64,000 bases of DNA from Gaiellaceae bacterium (GTDB lineage Bacteria; Actinomycetota; Thermoleophilia; Gaiellales; Gaiellaceae): NCBI GenBank assembly GCA_035623685.1, contig DASPSY010000094.1, positions 3,305 through 67,304 of the forward strand. Reading direction: 5' to 3'. The notes beneath the pieces were generated by a model, which ran no database searches, had not been told where the DNA came from, and saw nothing but the letters and a program-made list of their open reading frames with translations. Both the position numbers and the translations under genes were made by a program. Below are positions 9,538 to 19,224 of the stretch, one piece after another; positions within the stretch are counted from its first letter, which is position 1, and every line of letters begins with the position of its first letter.

Positions 9538-10736
9538 GCAGGATCGCGACGCTCGCCTACTCGGGCGGGCTCGACACGAGCTGCGCGATCGCATGGCTCA
9601 AGGAGGACTACGGCTTCGACGAGGTCGTCGCCGTGCTCGTCGACGTCGGGCAGGAGGCGAGCTTCGAGCCGGCGATCGCGCGCGGAACGCTCGCAGGCGC
9701 CGATGACGTACTCCTGCTCGACCGCAAGGACGAGTTTGCCGACGACCAGGTGGCGAAGGCGCTCGTTGCGAACGCGCTCTACGAGGGGAAGTACCCGCTC
9801 GTCTCCGCGCTCTCGCGGCCCGTGATCGCGGGCGCCGTCGCAGAGGTCGCTCTCGACCTCGGAGCGGAGGCAGTCGTCCACGGCTGCACGGGGAAAGGGA
9901 ACGACCAGCTGCGCTTCGAGCTCGCGTTCAAGGCGAGGTACCCGGGAGTGAAGGTGATCGCGCCGCTGCGCGACCGTGTCTGGACGAGGGACGAGGAGAT
10001 CGCGTACGCACAAGCGCGCGGCATCCCGGTCGAGGCGAAACAGGAGTCTCCGTACTCCGTCGACGACAACCTGTTCGGACGGGCAATCGAGGCGGGCGTG
10101 CTCGAGGACGCGTGGAGCGCGCCGCCTGACGATGCGTTCGTGCTCACGTCGCAGCCGCGCGAAGGCGCCGAGCCGACAGAGGTCGTGGTCGGCTTCGAGG
10201 GCGGCCACCCGCTGACGCTCGACGGAGAGGAGCTCTCGCTCGCGACGCTCGTCGGTGCCCTCAACGAGCTCGCGGGCATGTACGGGATCGGGCGGATCGA
10301 CATGATCGAGAACCGCGCGGTCGGCATCAAGAGCCGCGAGCTCTACGAGGCGCCGGCCGCCCTGACGCTGATCGCGGCGCACCGCGCGCTCGAAGAGCTC
10401 GTGCTCACCAAGGGCGAGCTGGAGGCGAAGCGCGAGCTCGAGCCGCGCTGGGCGAAGCTCGTCTACGACGGCGGCTGGTTCGCGCCGGTTCGGCCGGCCT
10501 ACGACGCCTTCTTCGACGCGACGCAAGAGCGAGTCTGCGGCGAGATCCGCGTCGCACTTCGGCCGAACGCGGCGGTGGTCACCGGGCGCCGGTCGGAGCA
10601 CGCGCTCTACTCCGAGTCGCTCGCCTCGTACGCGACCGGCGAGTCCTTCCCGCACGAGGCGGCGGCCGGCTTCATCCAGGTGACTGCGCTCGAGACCGAG
10701 CTGCTGGCCGCGCGCGAGCGGATCGGCGTGCTGTGA
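9534..10736 (+). CDS. argG: argininosuccinate synthase
   Basis: GTG 9534 (GTGA overlap): VSRIATLAYSGGLDTSCAIAWLKE..., then HGCTGKGNDQLRFE and ENRAVGIKSRELYEAP. Confidence 0.93.
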   Translation: MSRIATLAYSGGLDTSCAIAWLKEDYGFDEVVAVLVDVGQEASFEPAIARGTLAGADDVLLLDRKDEFADDQVAKALVANALYEGKYPLVSALSRPVIAGAVAEVALDLGAEAVVHGCTGKGNDQLRFELAFKARYPGVKVIAPLRDRVWTRDEEIAYAQARGIPVEAKQESPYSVDDNLFGRAIEAGVLEDAWSAPPDDAFVLTSQPREGAEPTEVVVGFEGGHPLTLDGEELSLATLVGALNELAGMYGIGRIDMIENRAVGIKSRELYEAPAALTLIAAHRALEELVLTKGELEAKRELEPRWAKLVYDGGWFAPVRPAYDAFFDATQERVCGEIRVALRPNAAVVTGRRSEHALYSESLASYATGESFPHEAAAGFIQVTALETELLAARERIGVL

Positions 10737-11965
10737 CGCTCTGGTCGGCACGCGTTCGGACGGAGCTCGCGCCCGAGGTCGCCTCGTTTCTTCGAGCTCC
10801 GGACGCGGAGCTGCTCCCATACGACTGCGCGGCCACGGCGGTGCACGTGCGCCGCGTCTGGGCCGCGGGCCTGCTGACCGACGCGGAGCTGGCCGAGGCG
10901 GAGGCGACGCTCGAGTCGATCGCCGCGACCGGCGCCGTCGAGCCGAAGGACGAGGACGTCCACTCCGCGATCGAGCGACAGCTCGGGCGGGTGGGCCGGA
11001 AGATCCACGCCGGCCGCAGCCGCAACGACCAGGTGGCCGCGGCGCTGCGCCTCTACGTGGAGGAAGCGTGCGGTGAGGCGACGACGGCGATCGAGACGTT
11101 CGCAGGCGCCGTGCTCGACCGGGCCGAGGAGCACGCGAGGACGCCGCTGCCCGGTTACACGCACCTGCAACGCGCTCAGGTGGTGACGGTCGGGCACCAC
11201 CTGCTTGCGTGGGTAGAGATGCTCGAGCGGGACCGCGACCGGTTCCGTTTCGCGGCGGCTCGGGCCGCGCACTCACCGCTGGGTGCCGCGGCGCTCGCCG
11301 GCTCGACGCTGCCGCTGCCTCCGCCGCCCGGCCCGCAGCTCCGCAACTCGCTCGACGCGGTCGCGGACCGCGACTTCGCGCTCGACTACCTGTATGCGTG
11401 CGCCGTGCTCGGCGTACACCTCTCGCGCATCGGCGAGGAGCTCGTGCTCTGGTCGACGTCCGAGTTCGGCTTCGTGAGGCTCCCCGAGGAGGCCGCGACC
11501 GGATCGTCGATGCTGCCGCACAAGCTGAACCCCGACGTCGCCGAGCTCGTGCGTGGCAAGGCCGGCGCGGCGATCGGACGGCTCGTCGGCCTGCTCGCAA
11601 CCGTCAAGAGCCTCCCGCTCGCATACAACCGTGATCTCCAGGAGGACAAGACGCCGGTGTTCGAGTCGCGTCACGCCGTCGCGGGGTCGCTCGCAGCGCT
11701 CCGGACACTCGTCTCGGGGATGACCCTCGACGTCGATCGGCTCGCGGCCGCATGCGGCGATCCGCTGTTGAGCGCGGCCGACGCCGCCGAGTCGCTCGTG
11801 CGACAGGGAACGCCGTTTCGCGATGCGCACGAGGAGGTCGCTGCATCGGTCCGCGACGGGAGCTTCGAACCCGGGCACGACGCGGCGGCGCAGCGCGTGT
11901 CACCCGGCGCCGAGGACGTCGCCGGCGCGATTGGCGCGGCGCGTCTGCGCCTTGCCGGCTCCTAG
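10733..11965 (+). CDS. argH: argininosuccinate lyase (410 aa, shortish)
   Basis: Fumarate-lyase signature GSSMLPHKLNPDVAELVRGK. Also TPLPGYTHLQRAQ and LPLAYNRDLQEDK. GTGA overlap with argG. Confidence 0.92.
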   Translation: MTLWSARVRTELAPEVASFLRAPDAELLPYDCAATAVHVRRVWAAGLLTDAELAEAEATLESIAATGAVEPKDEDVHSAIERQLGRVGRKIHAGRSRNDQVAAALRLYVEEACGEATTAIETFAGAVLDRAEEHARTPLPGYTHLQRAQVVTVGHHLLAWVEMLERDRDRFRFAAARAAHSPLGAAALAGSTLPLPPPPGPQLRNSLDAVADRDFALDYLYACAVLGVHLSRIGEELVLWSTSEFGFVRLPEEAATGSSMLPHKLNPDVAELVRGKAGAAIGRLVGLLATVKSLPLAYNRDLQEDKTPVFESRHAVAGSLAALRTLVSGMTLDVDRLAAACGDPLLSAADAAESLVRQGTPFRDAHEEVAASVRDGSFEPGHDAAAQRVSPGAEDVAGAIGAARLRLAGS

Positions 11966-11981
11966 GCCAGCAGACGCTCCG

Positions 11982-12341
11982 TCAGCGACGCGAGGTCAGC
12001 GTCGCCGTCCGCGACCGGAGCCACGAACGTCCGAAGTCGGTCATCGCATCGAGGATCGGGAGCACGTCGCGGCCCTTCGCCGTCAGCTCGTACTCGACCC
12101 GCGGCGGCGACTCCGGGTAGCTCTGACGGCGGACGATGCCCGCCCGCTCGAGCCCACGTAGCCGTTCGGCGAGCGTCCTGCTGCTGATCCCGGCGCACGA
12201 ATGCTCGAGCTCGCGGAAGCGGCGCGTGCCGCCGGCGAGGTCGTAGATCAGGAGCGCCGTCCACTTGGCTCCGACGATGTCGGCCGACGCCGCGACTGCC
12301 TCACGCTTCTCGTCGCCGATCCCGTCAAGACCCGCGGCCAT
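11982..12341 (-). CDS. HxlR-family winged-helix transcriptional regulator
   Basis: 119 aa: IVGAKWTALLIYDLAGGTRRFRELEHSCAGISSRTLAERLRGLERAGIVRRQSYPESPPRVEYELTAKG is the typical HxlR/MarR-like pattern. It lies 12 nt downstream of the gltB stop. Confidence 0.8.
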   Translation of the reverse strand: MAAGLDGIGDEKREAVAASADIVGAKWTALLIYDLAGGTRRFRELEHSCAGISSRTLAERLRGLERAGIVRRQSYPESPPRVEYELTAKGRDVLPILDAMTDFGRSWLRSRTATLTSRR

Positions 12342-12353
12342 GCCGGGCCAAGT

Positions 12354-16730
<4,377 letters not shown>

Positions 16731-16880
16731 CTGCGCAGCACCTTTCTCGGTCGAAGAGAGGAAGCCCCGCCCTTTGTGGTCGGCTAGCCGGCGAGGGCGG
16801 GAGGTCGAAACCGCCGGCTAGCGAACGCGCTTGCGCGCGGTGCCGACAAAAAGCGTAATCGGTCCGTGCGCGCAGGCCAT
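16731..16880 (-). promoter_or_regulatory. structured 5' leader of gltB (candidate pseudoknot / alternative hairpins)
   Basis: In the minus-strand RNA, GCUAGCCGGCG (16822-16812) pairs with CGCCGGCUAGC (16793-16783), giving 11 bp. This is interleaved with UCCCGCCCU (16802-16794) pairing with AGGGCGGGG (16773-16765). There is also a GNRA hairpin at 16839-16826. The 5' end CCUGCGC (16876-16870) is complementary to GCGCAGG (16736-16730) at the start codon. Confidence 0.4.
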
Positions 16881-16886
16881 GGCGAC

Positions 16887-16915
16887 AGGATAGAACGACC
16901 AGCCGGTCAGATCAA
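16887..16915 (-). promoter_or_regulatory. candidate sigma70-type promoter of gltB
   Basis: Minus strand: TTGATC (16915-16910), 17-nt spacer, TATCCT (16892-16887). It lies in an AT-richer divergent intergenic region. Confidence 0.35.
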
Positions 16916-16940
16916 CCGAAAAACCGCATCAATCCGAAAA
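16911..16940. repeat. direct repeat ATCAA(T)CCGAAAA x2 in the gltB/leuA divergent control region
   Basis: ATCAACCGAAAAA at 16911-16923 and ATCAATCCGAAAA at 16928-16940, spaced 17 bp start to start. The first copy overlaps the predicted gltB -35. Confidence 0.5.
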
Positions 16941-16960
16941 TCTGTAGCGAAGAAAGCGGC

Positions 16961-16989
16961 TTGACAAGGTAAAGCGCGTCAGCCACACT
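16961..16989 (+). promoter_or_regulatory. candidate promoter of the leader-leuA-ilv operon
   Basis: TTGACA (16961-16966), 17-nt spacer, CACACT (16984-16989). The leader ATG at 17001 would then be only about 3-5 nt from the TSS. Confidence 0.45.
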
Positions 16990-17000
16990 TCGGGATCACG

Positions 17001-17087
17001 ATGAGGACACGCACGACTTCCTGCACGCCTGCCCGGACGATCTCGTCCGGTTCGATCGTGCTCGTCCTCTCGATTCTCCCCCTCTAG
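17001..17087 (+). CDS. candidate branched-chain amino acid leader peptide (28 aa)
   Basis: ATG 17001..TAG 17087 reads MRTRTTSCTPARTISSGSIVLVLSILPL. Eight of the last ten residues are Ile/Val/Leu. Codon third positions are mostly G/C. Located 90 nt upstream of leuA. Too short for the ORF track. Confidence 0.5.
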   Translation: MRTRTTSCTPARTISSGSIVLVLSILPL

Positions 17088-17176
17088 GGGGAGACGCGAA
17101 CCACGCGCCGCCGGCGCACACACCCACCGTTCGACGCCACCGGTGCGCCTTCCGGCCACCGCGACGAGGAGGTTCC
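17075..17176 (+). promoter_or_regulatory. candidate attenuator / SD-control structures between the leader peptide and leuA
   Basis: A perfect 8-bp hairpin UCUCCCCC-UCUA-GGGGGAGA (17075-17094) covers the last leader codons and the stop. Competing helices are GCGCC/GGCGC (17105-17117), GGCGCAC/GUGCGCC (17113-17119 with 17143-17149), and CGGUG (17141-17145) pairing with either CACCG at 17125 or CACCG at 17157. The leuA SD GAGGAGG is at 17166-17172. Confidence 0.4.
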
Positions 17177-18322
17177 GTGAGTTCGCGCAAGATCCAGATT
17201 TTCGACACGACGCTACGAGACGGGGAGCAATCGCCGGGCATCGCGCTGCGCCCGGACGAGAAGGTGGAGATCGCCAAGCAGCTCGAGCTTCTCGGGGTGG
17301 ACGTGATCGAGGCGGGCTTCGCGGTCGCGTCACCGGGGGATCACGAAGGAGTTTGTGCCGTCTCGAAGGCGGTGGACACGACCGTCGCCTCGCTATGCCG
17401 GACCCGCCGTGAGGACATCGACGCGTCCGTCGACGCGCTGCGCGACGCGAAGCGCTCGAGACTGCACATCTTCCTCGCAACGAGCCCGATCCACATGGAG
17501 AAGAAGCTCGGCCTCGAGCCGGACGAGGTCGTCGAGCAGGCGGCGTGGGCGGTGGGCTACGCACGCGAACGCGCGGACGAGGTCGAGTTCTCGTGCGAAG
17601 ACGCCACGCGCTCGGATCCCGCGTTCGTGGCTCGTGTGTGCGACGCCGTCGTCGAGGCAGGCGTCGACGTCGTCAACCTCCCCGACACGGTCGGCATCTG
17701 CTTCCCGAACGAGCACGCTGACTTCTTCCGGACGGTGCGCGAGCTCTGCCCGTCCCTCGAGCGGGTCACCCTCTCCGCGCACTGCCACGACGACCTGGGT
17801 CTCGCGGTCGCGAACTCGTTGGCGGCCGTCGAGGCAGGGGTCGACCAGATCGAGTGCACGATCAACGGCCTCGGCGAGCGCGCGGGCAACGCCGCGCTCG
17901 AGGAGGTCGCGATGGCTATGCGCGTTCGAAAGGACCGCTTCGACGTCGTGACCGGTATCGATCCGACCGCGATCGCCGCCACCTCGGCGCTGGTCGCACG
18001 CCTCACGGGCTACGACGTGCAACCGAACAAGGCGATCGTCGGCGCGAACGCGTTTGCACACGAGGCGGGCATCCACCAGGACGGCCTGCTCAAGGACGTG
18101 TCGACCTACCAGATCATCGATCCGCGCGAGCTGGGCTACGCGATGACGCTTCCGCTCGGCAAGCACTCGGGCCGGCACGCGTTCGCACGCGCATGCGCCG
18201 ACGCGGGCATCGAGCTCGACCGAGAGCAGCTCACGAGTGCCTTCGAGCGCTTCAAGGAGCTCGCGGATACCGGCAGACCCGTGACGATCGCGGACGTGCT
18301 CGACGAGGTGGTCGTCGCATGA
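17177..18322 (+). CDS. leuA: 2-isopropylmalate synthase family enzyme, short form (381 aa) lacking the C-terminal regulatory domain
   Basis: MSSRKIQIFDTTLRDGEQSPG..., HCHDDLGLAVANSLAAVEAG and GLGERAGNAALEEV are LeuA/CimA/NifV catalytic-barrel motifs. The protein ends shortly after the GKHSGRHAF subdomain. Confidence 0.8.
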   Translation: MSSRKIQIFDTTLRDGEQSPGIALRPDEKVEIAKQLELLGVDVIEAGFAVASPGDHEGVCAVSKAVDTTVASLCRTRREDIDASVDALRDAKRSRLHIFLATSPIHMEKKLGLEPDEVVEQAAWAVGYARERADEVEFSCEDATRSDPAFVARVCDAVVEAGVDVVNLPDTVGICFPNEHADFFRTVRELCPSLERVTLSAHCHDDLGLAVANSLAAVEAGVDQIECTINGLGERAGNAALEEVAMAMRVRKDRFDVVTGIDPTAIAATSALVARLTGYDVQPNKAIVGANAFAHEAGIHQDGLLKDVSTYQIIDPRELGYAMTLPLGKHSGRHAFARACADAGIELDREQLTSAFERFKELADTGRPVTIADVLDEVVVA

Positions 18323-19224
18323 GCCGCCGAACGTACAGCGTGATCTGTCTCGCTTGGCACGGCGTCGGCCCGGAGGTGATGGCGGCCGCGAGCAGAGCAC
18401 TCGCCGCCACCTGTCGTCTCCACGGCATGCTGGTCGAGGAGCGTCACGTCCCGTTCGGCGCGGATGCGCTGACGCGATTCGGGCGCCCGTTCCCGCACTC
18501 CTCACGGCGCGCGGTCGTCGCCGCGGACGCGGTGCTCGTCGCATCCAAGTCGGGGCACGCGCTCGTCGCGCTGGAGGAAGACCTCGACTTCCACGCAACG
18601 GTCGTCAGTGTCCGCTTCGACCACGGCAACATCACGCTGTTCTCGCCGCTCGGGCCGGACGGCTGGGCCTGGACGCTCGAGCGCGCGAGCGCATCCGCGC
18701 GCGCGAGCCGCGGCCGGATCACGCTCGTCGGCGTCGACCCGCGCTGGGCGGACGAGGCCGATGAGCTCGAGGCGTACGGCGACGGGCTCGAGGTCGAGCG
18801 GCTTGACGCACAGGAGGCGGTGCGAGCCCTCGTCTTCGACCCGGAGCGGTTCGACGTCGTCGTCTGTCCGCCTGAGCTCACGCGAACGGCGCCCGATCTC
18901 GCCGCCGGCCTGCGCTCCCGGAGGACGACGGCTTGGGGCAGGCTCGCGCCGGAAGGGCCGAGCGTCTTCGGCGTGTCGGACGACGCCGCGGACGAGCTTG
19001 CCGGCCATGGGGTCGCGGATCCGAGCTCGATGCTGCTCGCCGCCGCACTGATGCTCGGCGAAGGGCTGGGCGAGCGAAGCGCCGCCGCGACTCTGACGAA
19101 CGCCGTCGGACGTGCAGGACCCACCGGCATGCTGCTGCCGTCGACGCGGGACCGCGCGGACGTCGTGGTCGCTCAGCTCCCGCTCGCACTTGCGAATGCC
19201 GAGTTCTACCGGGAGGCCGTATGA
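18319..19224 (+). CDS. isocitrate/isopropylmalate dehydrogenase-like protein, apparently catalytically degenerate
   Basis: ATG 18319 (ATGA overlap with leuA) inside ORF 17854..19224. It aligns by eye to the leuB in this window ([12 protein letters not shown] vs [33 protein letters not shown] vs [20 protein letters not shown]). However, it lacks the R/Y/K/Asp catalytic residues. Confidence 0.7.
   Translation: [301 protein letters not shown]

Noticed and set aside
9255-11600. 781-aa minus-strand ORF antisense to argG/argH
   Set aside because: It is an Arg/Ala/Pro/Ser repetitive translation with no recognisable domain. The opposite strand carries textbook ArgG and ArgH motifs.
16796-16811. GlnR box (gTnAc-n6-GaAAc) around GAAAC at 16807-16811 upstream of gltB
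   Set aside because: Only the GAAAC half matches. The expected a-site 6 nt upstream is GGCGG. The sequence lies inside the leader hairpin loop, not in a promoter-proximal position.
17090-17176. T-box riboswitch upstream of leuA
   Set aside because: Only a weak ACCGCG resemblance (GGCCACCGCG) to the T-box sequence. There is no specifier-loop/Stem I architecture or AGGGUGG motif. The leader-peptide model explains the region better.
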